Shown: positions 12,401-25,900 of the stretch, in pieces
How positions within the stretch are numbered: position 1 is the stretch's first letter
Layout: each line of letters begins with the position of its first letter
Source of the DNA: Girardia tigrina
Taxonomy: Eukaryota
Assembly (NCBI GenBank): GCA_001938485.1
Contig: MQRK01241356.1
Coordinates: 43,554 to 107,553 of the forward strand
DNA: 64,000 nucleotides
Direction: 5' to 3'
Program-made: the position numbers and the translations under genes
Notes under the pieces: generated by a model
The model's input: only the letters and a program-made list of their open reading frames with translations
What the model was told of the DNA's origin: nothing
Databases searched by the model: none

Positions 12401-15400
12401 AACTTATTAATAACAAAAGATTTAAGTTGAAAGATATTAGTTGAGGCAATCCGAGTTGGCAGTTTAATTTACTTGGCTCAATTTTTTTTAAATCGCTTTT
12501 TAAATAGACTGGGGTCCATTTGACCCCAATGCACAGAGTGAAGGTTAAATGTAGAATAATAAAAATACTATTAAAATATATAAAGAATATGCATTTAAGT
12601 CGAAAATTTAATTGTCAATTCTATTTGTGTACATTGGGAATATGATTTCAAAGAAAATTTGACTATAACAAGTTTTTTTGTCAGTGAGCAAAAGTGCCCG
12701 GATGGTGCATGAATGCATTCGCACCATGTTTCGAGTCGAAGCCGTCCTCAACATGTGCCCTGGTTTTCACAGGGGTTCTTTACTTGCGGCATCCCTATGC
12801 ACCTTTCAATTGGGTGACCGTTTCCACCAAGTATGTCACTTTCACTCAAACCCTATCAATTCATCATCAGAGGGTAACTCTTCCTCGCATAATGGGTTTT
12901 TTTCACCCACCTCCTATATGGGAAAGAGACTTCTTCTTCGTCTTCGGATGATTCGTGGACATGGACTTCGTCCTCTTCACCCCCCCCCCTGTTGCATTAT
13001 AATCCTATAATGCACTCTAATCCTATAATCATATAAAGTTCTCAGTGACCTCAGGTTCCACATGTTCATATTCCATCTCCTCCATCATGAGCATGGGTTC
13101 CTGAGGCTCCTCTATTTCTTCGACTACAATTTTCTTATTCTTTTTGTGCCTTGAAGAATCACACCATCTCGGTGATACAACCATTGTGCTGCCGAGTATT
13201 TTACATTTAATACTGAGCAACCAATGGCAATTTTCCGTATCACCTTTGGTGGGATCTTTAAGTTTGTTAGTATATCGGTGATTCTCTTCGACCAGGTTTT
13301 TAGATCGCCCACCTGGAGAGTGTGCACCGATATTGTTGTCTCTGGCATAGCCCGACGGCACGTCACCGCCAAGTTCTCGTAGTGATCGAGATTCTTGACA
13401 TTGTTATTTTCTATATTCTTTTTTGTGTCATCAGGACACTTTATGTCTATTAAATACAAGTGCTTCGACCCTGGTACATACACTTGTAGATCAACTCGGT
13501 CTCTCGAAGGTGCATATTGACACTCAACATCGAATCATTTATATATCTAAAATTAGTCCAAAACATTTTGGGCCCTAAATTATACCCTTGTCATCAGTTA
13601 TCACCACAAGAAATGTTATTTTAAACCGTTCACTTTTAATTTTACTGATTTTCATTTATAAATATTGTAGATACAAATAAAATTAAGAACATTTTTTTTA
13701 AAAACCATTTCCATATGTTCTTAAGAAAATTAAAGGTTTGACTACGTATTCAAAATTTGAAATCGCTAGCATAATGGGATGTTTGTTAAAAATTGTCAAA
13801 GTTTTGTACCTCACAGAAAAACAATTAGAAAATACGTTGAAAGTTTTAGTTGCTTTGACCTTATTGAGTTTATGGCTGAGTGCAAACAAATAATAAACTA
13901 TGGTGTGGTAATAGGGGATCGTTCTTTTAACTTAGTTTAAAATTTTAAGTTCGAAAGAAAATCTCTATTACAGATCGTTGGACGTATCACACGTTATAAA
14001 TTGCAATGTTAATCTTTAACATTTTGTCAACGTATTTTAATTCTATAATATTGTACCTTGTTCTCTTACATTTTGATTATTTTTTTGATTAATTACATTT
14101 AATTCCTATGATTCGACTTTGATTTATTTCTAACTTAAATGTAGAAAATTCATTTCTTTCATATCGAATGTCGATCAACAAGGCAATAGAATATCTGAAA
14201 TGATTCAAGGATATTGGGTGTTGTTAGCAACTATAGGAGAGACCAGATTCCCCGTTCTTCAGTGGCGTATTGAACACTCTTCTTTTAGACAGAATTTAAG
14301 TGGATTGACTACGAAACCTGTAATTCAAATAATAGGACAAGAAATCAAAGGTATGTTAAATTTAGATGATTAAGTTGAAAAAAAAAATTTATTTAAACTT
14401 TGTTAATTTACTTCTCATTAGAAAAATTATGGGGTAAAAGTAATAACTACATGCCTCCATCAGATGGAAGCCAAAGGGATGATAGCGCCGAATGTATATT
14501 TGGATTAAAAAAATTTTTTGGACTATCGTGCTCATCGACTATTCTCATATTTAACGCTATTATATTAATACCAATATTGGGAATGATCATGTTCGGTTAT
14601 TGTTTCGCTCTTCGACAACTCCGTAAGAAACACGAGGAAGATGCAATTAAGAAATATTACGAATATCTTTGTGAAGAATTAGCTGATTTGGATGTAAGTC
14701 TTAATAAATTTTGAACTATTAACATTATTTTCGTTTGTCATAAAATGTAATCAAAATATTCCTAATAAAATCAAAAACTGCGTTTAAAGTTTTGTGTTAA
14801 AAACATATTTTGTTTCTTTAGTGACCACTTTTATCATTTATTATCAAAAGAACAATAAGCGATTAAATTAAATCAAAAACTTGATTTAATTTAATTAAAT
14901 AAAGAAAAAAAACATAATTAAAATTAATATTAGTAATTATAAATATCCACGTATACTTAAAATTACTATATTAATTATTTATAAAAAATCAGTTGTTTGA
15001 CTGACGATTTTTTTTCATCCTTTTAAAAATTGTAATTACTCAAGAAACTTTCAGGAAATAAATCATTAATTTTCAAAATTCTCATTTTTTTATTATTCAT
15101 CTAAGTATTAAAAAATGTCGGCCGCTGTCGGTCTTTATTTACGAACCACATTATTCTGTGTCGATTTTTCCCAACGTGGGGAAAGTTGAAATTATTGAAA
15201 ACGCTCGAAGAAGCCGAACCATTTCATCGCTTATCGCATTTGACGATCCTTCAGTCCAATCAGAAATGAAACACTTCATATAAAGGAGAAACCAGATCAT
15301 TCTCCCCAGAAGTAATAGCTTCAACAGTTTCGATAGCATCATCACTTCTGTTTCAGCAGAATTGTTTTCAAAATAATTATGTCATTTTTGACTTACATCA

Positions 15401-16928
15401 AAATACGTGACAGGACTTTTCCTCACAATGAAATTTTCTCACATGGACATTTGATCTCACGGACATTGAGTAAAAGAATTTTAATAATTAGAAAATTTTA
15501 CTGAGAAAACTTTTGTTATTATTAATTTTCGATAAAACATATTTTATTGCAAATTAATTAATGAAAAATCAATACGTTGAAAAAATTTCAGTGAAAAGAA
15601 TTTTGATAAATTTGGATTTCCGCTCACAAGTAAATTTTGTAAATTAAAAAATCTTTGTGAAGTCATTTTAATGTTTTTCTTTTATTTAAAACCGGATTGA
15701 TGAAAAGAAATTATATTGTATTAATTTCTATTAAGAGTTTTTAATTAGAAATTTGTATTGGAAAAACTTTTGTTATTAATAATAGCTTATTATTAATTTT
15801 CGATATAAAATATATATTACTGCAAATTAATTAATTTAAAATTAATACAGTAAAAAGAATTTTGATAAAAGTAATTTCCATGTGAGTAAATATCCATGTG
15901 GGAAAATGTCCGTGTGAGGAAATGTCCATGCGAGTAAATATCCGCGTGAGGAAATGTCATGTGAAGCAACGTCCGGGAACAATCAAAATACTGTATTATA
16001 ATTGTATGTTCAAACAAGTTTTTTGAACTTCATTAATCAATAATTTTCCTTTATCATCAATAATTATTCTTACAAATTGCAATTAAAGTGGATAATTATT
16101 TTATTACTGTCAACAAGCATAGTAATAAAAGAATGATTTGTCTCCACAATTAAACTATTTTTGTGTTGTGTTTAGGAATTACAGAATAAATAATTACAAA
16201 TTTTAAAAGTTATAAATAATATTACAATTGTAACACTTATCGGAATACGTTTTATTTAAACTTGCTAAAGGTACTTTGCTTCTTAGGACCTGAGAAGAAT
16301 ATTTGAGGTTGTTTGTTGATTTTGGATTGTCTCTAATACACAGATGTTTGATATTGAATTGAACATATTTTAAATCTAAATATTTATGTGAGGATTGGCG
16401 AATTTGAAAAATTTTTGAATATGTGAAAATTAAAAATATTTAAAATCAGAATTTTATAATTAAAAAAGCATTTTACAAATAATATAAAAATTGAAATTTT
16501 TAAGATTTTTAGTGAAAAGAATTTTATATTATAAAATATTTTCTAAGTAATTTTAAATTGAAATTTTTAAAATAAAAGTATAAAGATTTTTATTAACTAG
16601 TAAATCAAAAAATTAAAATTTTTATATAAATTCTTTATGCAGACAAAACTCTACTTTTTATAAGATTTTAAAAATTTTAAATTAAAAAAAACACATGAAA
16701 AATCATAAAAAAAACTAGTTATAATTTATAAATAGATATCTTGCAATTAATATTGTTCGGGAACTCCGCATTTTCCGTTTGTTTACCATTTTGGGATCTT
16801 AAAAAGTTTTTTTCGATCAAATTTTTACATAATCATTTTTTTCTCATCGAGAATGAGTAAGTGTGCAAAGTTTTAAGAAAATTGATTGTGTGAAGGCCTT
16901 CAAAAATATGTTTCTAAATTCCATGGAT

Positions 16929-16974
<46 letters not shown>

Positions 16975-19900
16975 AAAAGTCGCGAATTTAACAAGTTGAC
17001 TAATAACTAGCAAATTCGCAACTTTTAGCATAAAAAAATAATTAAACTGTGAACAATTAATAAAAAAATAAAAAAAAATTCTGTTTTTGAACAACACTTT
17101 AATAAAAATAAATCACATACATTTGTCGAAATCATAACCAGAAACATAAGCATTATATCGTTATGGTATTAAATTTAATATTGTATTTTATTATTGATTT
17201 TTTTTCCATAATAATTTTTGCCCATGTTCAATGATTTGAGAGAAGAGAAGAGTCTACTGTCACATGAACTCGTACTAATATATGAAAGCGTAGGACCCGA
17301 AGTGAAGAGATATGAAGCGCGTCTGTGACAAGCTTTTCAAATGAAAAGCACTTTAATGGAGGATTTGATAGAGCCTGTAAACTTCGAGAGATCTGGAGAA
17401 TCAGTGGAGGAATTCTTTGTTAAAGCAAAAGAGTTTGCTGCAAAATCGATGAAACATGAGTGCATAGAGACGGAGGTAGAGATTGCCTTCTGATACACGG
17501 GTCGAAAGACAATTATGTGAAAAAGGAGATCCAATTTAGAGAAGTGAAGGAAATAGAGAATGTGAATAGTATCATCAAAAAAGTAGACGAAATCCGGAGA
17601 ATAGAAAAACCAGTACACCTGTACGACCGATATACAGAGACGCGGCCAGGAATTGAGTGAATACGAGAAACATGGTGCGGACTGGTGATGCATTCGGAAG
17701 ACGACACCAGACGCAGAACAATATCACGTGCTGGAACTGTCGAGGAACGGGACATAAGAGTAACGAGTTCAAACAAAAAGGAAGATCACGTGATATACAT
17801 GTACAAAAGAAGGACATATCCTACGCCAGTGCCGAAATGTAAGGAGGGAACGATTTAGCGAGGTAGAACATAGAGCCAACAAATGTCACACAAATCTGAA
17901 CAACGGACACCAAGAAAGGACTAATTATCAAGACAGAACGCAAAGAGATAACCGACGATTCACAGATGGAGGAATTTGGAGATCGGAAGAATATCGAAGA
18001 TATATCGAAAGCGGTAGACAGATTGCAATGATGGCGAAAGAGGAGCAAGAGCCATTAGAAAAAAACGAATCTTACCAAAACGTCAAGGAACCGATTTTGA
18101 CACTGGAGTAAGTTTTCTTGAGTACGATTCAGACCATATAAATTATATATATAGAATAGTAATAATTTTGATAATGTAAATAAAATAGATAATCACATTG
18201 ATAGTAATAATACAGATAATATAGATAAAATATTTAATAACATTGATAATAATAATAATAACATAAATTGTAAAAGTATTGAAATTAAGTTAGAAAGTCA
18301 GAGGAACCCAACATTCTATCAAGAAAGAAGTCCGAAAGTTGTGAAATTTATGAAAAAGGAAATGTGTATTAATTTATTTAACATAAAAAATTACAATAAA
18401 AAAGTATTTAGAATGAAATCTAAAATAATAAACATAATTATTTGTATAAAAATTAGTCAAAGATTTTCGTGGTAGATAAAGTAAAAAAAGTTTAAAATAT
18501 TAAAATAAAGTTTTTCATTTAATAATTTTATTTTAAGGAAATATTTTGTAAATTAAAAAAATAATAAATAATAAGATAAAAATGATAATTTTTTCAATTA
18601 TTTCTACAAAAATATTAAAATTGATTAAATAATCTTAAAACAATTTTTTACTATTTTATAATTATTTTTAGTAGATATTTGAAAAAACAATCACAGGTAA
18701 AGAAAGTTATTTAGCATATAATCTGTAATAAATTTTAAAAAAATATATTAAAATGATTTTTTTATTATTTAATACGAATTCATATAAAATATTTTAGTTT
18801 ATTCTAATTTTTATAATGATTTTTGCAATTTTATTAAATACTTTCAAAAATATTCAAATAAATATAACATACATGTATAATATATATATTAAGAAAAATG
18901 TATGTTTCTCTGTTCACTATACGTTTGGAAATTGTACCACTTAATGCAACTAAGTTTTTCCTAAACCTTCATACCCAAGGCAAGGTTGATGTAACCTTTT
19001 TTGCTGAGAAAATATTATGCTTAACTTTTATACAGACAGTTTATATAACTGAGCAATAGGATTGCCGTAATTCAAAATATCAAAGTAAGTAGGTAGTGAA
19101 TAGAGTCAAAGAATGTCTGAGCTGAGATCTACTATCATTAGCACTTCTGATCTACTTAAAAAAATGTGCTCGGAGATAATTTGCTAAGGCTTTAAATACA
19201 TAATATTTGACTTTCAAAATGCCTATGTAGTGTAACTTCATAAGTTATCGAAATTTTACTTTAATAATTACTAAACTTCATTATAGATTGAAAAATATTA
19301 GATATAGGTAGTATAATACTAATTTTTTGAATATTTATTTATTTTATTTGGCTGAGAAATTATTATTTTTCCATTTTTTTATTATGTATGTTTCTCTGAA
19401 TATATATAATGGAATTTAGATACCGATTTTTGAAGGCTTTTTCCTCAATCAATTTTCTCCAATCTGTGCACACTTACTCATTCTCGATGACAATAAGAGA
19501 TAATGTGAAGATTTGATCAAACTAGTTAATCAAAAAAAATATATTTTGCAAAAAAGCGTTTTACGATTATCTACAAATGTTTAAACTATATCAAATATAA
19601 ATGTTTTGGTTTTTATTGACATTTCATTTTTTTGAGATGTCTTCCAAGTGTATTGGTTGTATATGACCACGTTTCAACACATTTTAATACGATTTTTATT
19701 TATCATTATTTTACCTTTTTTTGATTTTTCAGGTCATTAAATTCCGCGCCCTAGTTATTAGTAACTATTTAATTGTAAAATTGAGTTGTAAATGTTTTTT
19801 TGAAATTTTCCCTTTTACACATGATTTTATAACATTATAAATTGATTAAAAAATGTAATAGTAATTTTCTCTTCTATAAAAGATTACAAGAAAATTATGT

Positions 19901-22900
19901 TGGCCAAGAATAGTTCTATCTGCATTAAAAATGGATTAAATTTTTTTTTTGATTTACTAGTTAATTTGAAGTATAAGTTTTTAAATAATTAAAAGTTATT
20001 GAACTAATGCTAACTTATGTTAATATTGTATAATAGATCCCAGGTCATGACGTGGTCATCAATAGAACTGTTGGTAAAGGACACTTTGGTACTGTTTTTG
20101 GAGGTGAAGCTCGACAAGAAAACCAATGGGTTATGGTTGCCGTAAAAGCCATTAGCAAGAAATTAGACTATTATCGTAAATATGAATTTTTATCAGAAGC
20201 AAAATTAATGAGCACTTTAAATCATGAAAATATTGTTAAACTCGTTGGTGTATCTCTAAATACTAGCGTTGATATGATATTTTTAATCATGGAACACGTT
20301 TCGCTGGGAGATTTGAAAAACTTTCTTAATAAAAGACGAGTGAAATCACAAGCGTAAGTATTAGTTTGTTCAAATTTGTACAAATTTTCTTCCAGTAATG
20401 TGTATTTATAATTAAACTGAAGAAATTTTTTGAAGTCGTTCAGATTAATTTTTCTATTATATGGTGAAACACAATTTGACTTGTCTTTAGCTTCATTTCA
20501 ACTACTCTTGAACCTTTTCGTTAAAGAATTATTATTGACATGGTGACCAGACAATTGCGGAAAGACAATTGCGTACATTAACTAAAACATTTTTTAATAG
20601 TAAAATTGCGATTTAAAAATAACAGTTAATCATATTTTTAAAATAACAAGCTAAAAATCAAAAGAAATAAAAAAATCCATAAAACATTTATTGAAAATTA
20701 TTTATAAGCCTTATTACTGCAGGTTTGCCAATCTCCATTACATTGGCAAGTGTCAATCTGTGACAAATCATGTCTTTAGCCAAGCCATCTAACAAAAACC
20801 AAATATTAGGATGACTACAATTGAATATGGCATTGAGTGCATTGTGGAAACCTTCACTGCAGTTGGTTGTTTTAGTAGAACCTTTAGTAGCTCCATCATA
20901 ATGGTTCCAAAGACATATTGGAAACTGAAGATCCATACCAAGTGGACCTTCAATGTAGGTGGAAAAGAAGTAGGTCAACAAAGCATTATATGTATCTTGC
21001 AGATCGTCATCATCAGTGATGAACTCCTTCTAAATGATTTTGTAGACATTCTTTATTTCCTGAATTGGAACAAATATCAGAGCAGCCAGGGACTTAACCT
21101 GCAACTTGAACTCAGGATTGCAGTAATTATGTCTTATTATCCACCTATACAAAATTTGTTTTTGTATAGTTTTTGACACAACATTTAAGTGCATATTGTT
21201 TAGTGCAATCGATTTTGAGCGGGGGGTTGAAATAATCATGTACATTTGGCATTCATTAAAATTTTGAATTAAAGAAATCGAATCTGACTCACAACACATT
21301 TTATATCTTTGAAAGTTTGTTGCAACAATTATTTTATTAATATATTATAAATAATTCAAAATTTTAATGATATTCATAATGGTTTTTTAATTTTTTTACA
21401 ATAATTGTTTCATTTTATAATAACTATAAATTAAACATTTCTAGACGATGACCCATCTATGCCCGTGACAGGCTATTTTGGCACACCAAATTTGGCATAT
21501 TCTAATAGTTAGAATTTGAATAAATTGTAATAATATGAAAAATTAGATGATCACAAAGATTTGAATATCTCATTAATTTGAGCTTGATATAAATCAAGCT
21601 CAAATTTATGAGATATTCAAATCTTTGTGATCATCTAATTTTCCATATTATTGCAATTATAGTGCATCTTTAAATTATCTCTTTAATTATAGTGTACTAA
21701 GTTTTTTGTGTGACATGTTGTCTAATTTATAATAGTTTGCAAAGTTGTCTTATTTCAAATAATTTTCTCTTATTGTTTGCCAAGTTTAATTGTGCCAAGT
21801 TGTCTTTTTTAATAAAGTATACCAAAATTTGTGCCAATTTGTCTCTGTGACATTTATTCATGTGCCTATTACGCCTGTAATCATGTATGTCCCGTAGCAC
21901 TTATTCCTCAAGTTTGCATCGCAAATTGCTTTTGGAATAGAAATCAAAAATCTATCGCTTTACTCATCAGTGAAAACAATATGTATGGTCTAAATGTGAT
22001 TTTAAATTGTGCATAGACAATTGTTTTGAAGAATATTATTTAAAGCACTTTTAACATATGTTTTATTATAAACTTCGAATAAAACAATTCAATAAACCGG
22101 TCTCGTAAGGGTTCATTAACACTTAATGATCATCCTAGAGTTAACTCGAATTTATACTTTTGAATTACAAAAACAAACTGGGTTAAGGGGTTAATAAAAT
22201 CTTTAAAAAACTGTAATCATATAATACTTATTATTTTTGGTCAGTATTACTATTTTTAAAAATTCTTAATTCTATTATAACGAAATATATTTTTAGAGAT
22301 GCCAGTTCTGGCCTGATAAATAGTAGACTATTAACTACATTTGCTCGTGATATCGCAGCAGGATTAGATTACTTACACAAAAATCGGTATGTGCATCGGG
22401 ATGTGGCCCTTCGAAATTGTCTTTTGGGTATTGATTATAGAGTTAAAATGGGAGACTTTGGCTTAGCAAGAAGAATGGCCAGATCTGATGGTAGAGATAG
22501 TACTTGGTGTTACCAGTCCTCTGGATATGGTACAATTTAATTACTTCTTTTTAACATGTATACCTTTAATATTCACATAAAATATTTACTCTTAGTACTT
22601 ATTTATAACTTATAAAAATAATAGAAGACGAAAGAATTTTCGTTTTTGACGTTTGACCCTGTTTTATAATTAGAAGACATAAAATGAAAAACTTCAATTA
22701 AAGGTGATAATTTTATATTCCGTATATGTATTAAACAAAAATATTTTTTAAAAAAATATCAATTCAAATAATAAATTTCAGTTTAGATAATTATTTATGA
22801 CAGAACTGTAAAAACCTTTGTATTTTTGTAAATTGATTCAAAAGTTTCATATTATACACAGTTCGGCAATCAAATTATGGAACGTTAAGTGTAAAAATGA

Positions 22901-25900
22901 AGTGAATCAATTTTTCTGGTTCTCTGTTTTGTCAAATTATTTTCATGAGGATTTAGTTAAAATTTTCAATTCACCAAACAATTTATAGATTTTTTTTAAT
23001 TTAAAATTTTAACGAAAATTAAATAACTACGTAAAACATAAAAAAAATCATAAAGTGTATAAAACTTAATAAAATAGTTAAAAATGATATTTAAAAAAAC
23101 GAAAATTAAATAATTATGTAAAACTAAAATAGGTTTAAATTAAATAAAGTCAATATATTTTAATAGATAAATGATTAACTCTTTAACTCTTAACCGTTTC
23201 AGTCTTTTGGGTCATATAACATTTTGTCAAAATAAATTTGGCAACATAAACAAGAATATTTTATGGTTAAGTTTATTACCATTATTTTGTAACTGTAGTT
23301 ATGATTAGGGGTTCCAATCTCCGGATCCCGAATCTCGGAATCCCAGGATTCCGGCGATTTCGCGGGATTCAAATCCCGGGAAAATGAGATCGGGATCCTG
23401 GGATTCAAAATTTATAACTTTTTTTTCAAAAATTTAAATTAATGTATCAAAGTGAATTAAAATAAAATCAATAAGACAAAAATTTCAGAATTTTATTTTA
23501 TTAAAAATTGATTTTAGTTTATGAAAAAATTATTTTAATTAAAAAAAAAGATTCAATTTTTTACCACGTTTTTCTTAGCTTGGTTTCTTGTCTGTCTGTT
23601 TGTCTGTCTGGAACAAATCTTGCGATTTATTTTTCGACCACTTTCAGTCATTCAATTGAGCTGAATTTTTTTATACAGGCTTGCTTCCGATGACAATACA
23701 ATATTTTAAAACATTTACTTTACGGATGTACGGAAAAAAATAATGAATTGAACAAATATTGTGAAAATCAAGTGATAATTAAGTGTAGAAGTATTAAAAT
23801 TAGGTTTAAAAATTATTTTGAAATAAAACTTGCTTTTATTAAAATAAAACTTTGTTATTTTGGTNNNNNNNNNNNNNNNNNNNNNNNNNNNNNNNNNNNN
23901 NNNNNNNNNNNNNNNNNNNNNNNNNNNNNNNNNNNNNNNNNNNNNNNNNNNNNNNNNNNNNNNNNNNNNNNNNNNNNNNNNNNNNNNNNNNNNNNNNNNN
24001 NNNNNNNNNNNNNNNNNNNNNNNNNNNNNNNNNNNNNNNNNNNNNNNNNNNNNNNNNNNNNNNNNNNNNNNGTTAGGTATAAAATTTCTCACATATCTAG
24101 AAAAAAATTATTTTCCTCTTTTTAGTGCATTGGTAATGCTTGAAAAACGTGGTTGTTTTTATAAAAATTTTTTTTATTAATAATATTATTATTATTTAGT
24201 TTTGTTATTTATGAAAAGCACTGTATAATTTAATAAAATTATTTTTTTTCTATTAAGTTTATTTATTATTTGCAATTTTTGAAATCTTTGTTTTTAAATC
24301 AAAGTTTACGACAACAGAGAACTAGTTTTCGGTGAATATTTTTTTCTCAAAGAAAATGTAAGATGATCTAAATTTGTAACTGTCTGCTTATATGTGCTGT
24401 TTACATTTTTGACAGATGTCTAAAGCATGGGAATACTTTAAGAAGATACGAACAGATGGAAGGCCAAATGTTTAAAATGCTATAGAAAACATTTTAACAA
24501 AAGGTAGTTCGACCAAGGGCCTAATCACTCATTTGCTCTCTATTCATCAAATTGATCTCAATACTGCCTCTATATTTTCTTCCTTGAGTCATTCTGTGCT
24601 TTTTTCTAAGAAAAATGATCAATCATAACTTATGATAAAATCTGAATAGTAAAAAACACTAATAATTACTCATTGCAATATTTATTGTCAAAAAATACAA
24701 AAATGCATTATTAAATGAAATTTTTTATTAAAAAATATTATTAATATTTATAACTTAGTACTATTTTTATATTAAACATTGAAAATATGTTCAATTAGAA
24801 ATAAAAAAAATGATTTGAAAGCAAAATTAGAATTTTAAAATACACAATAAAAGATTTAAAATTTATAATATTTTTACGAAATAATTTTGAAACAAATTAA
24901 AGTTAAAATAAATATTCTACGATTTTTTTTAAATAAAAAGTTTATTAGAAATTAAATTTATTAATTTTATAACTTAGATAAAATAAATTTTACAATTTAT
25001 AAATTATTATTAAATTTATGAATTAAATGTAAACAAAATTTAATAAATGTATTTTGGCGAAATGATTTAATTAACGAGAAATTTGTTTAAATGTTTGTAT
25101 TACTTTCATTATTAAATTTTTGTGTTAAAGATGAATTCAGATTCTGAAATGTTAAATAACGACAATAGAATAAATGCTGCGAACAATTATCCTGCGGAAT
25201 TAAATTTCAACTTCAATTCATTTTTGCAGTATTTTCGCGAAGGTACACTTTTGCACTCTTTGTAGTCTAACATTTAGGCTCTAAATGTCATTAAAAATAC
25301 ATCTTTTCAACTTATTTTTCATTTCCCGGAACTATGAAAACTTACATAGTACTAAATTTTGGGGAATACGGTTAATGATTCAAAACTCAGATTGGATGTT
25401 GTGCCTTAATCTAAGGAATAATCAACAGTAATTATAGATTATTTTTAACAAAGATTAGTCGTTAGAATCGCAGTATTCTAATGTTATTCGATAATTTATT
25501 TCTATTCATTGTTGTAAAGCTGCCTAATGCCAAATAACAGTAAATATTTGACCTTTGCTATTGAAAAAAACAAGGAAACACTTTTCTTTTCTAATGGAAC
25601 TTATCTAAATTTTTTGGGCCTGAAGGGATTTCGACTTCCACTTGGCACTTTGATGCATTCTTTTGTAGTCATACTGACTACCCATGTCTTATTACCAGTG
25701 ATAATCGGTTTCCGAACGTTTGGGTTGTTATTTGCTGCTTGTATAATCACTCTAGAATGTTGCACTCATAAACTGTTTTGCTCTTCTTTTAGTGTGTGGA
25801 ACAAAATTACGCATACTTTTATTTTACCTAAATCGGTGTTGTCAAGTCTTTTAATGTTATAAACACCAATTCTCATAAACTTTTCCATCAGTCTATTCGC

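Noticed and set aside
7416-14693. GABA-B receptor or receptor guanylyl cyclase
   Set aside because: Only one TM helix follows, then an intact HRD/DFG tyrosine kinase and no cyclase domain.
23715-24180. Long ORFs here and at 48590-49657
   Set aside because: Artefacts of N-gaps (poly-X).
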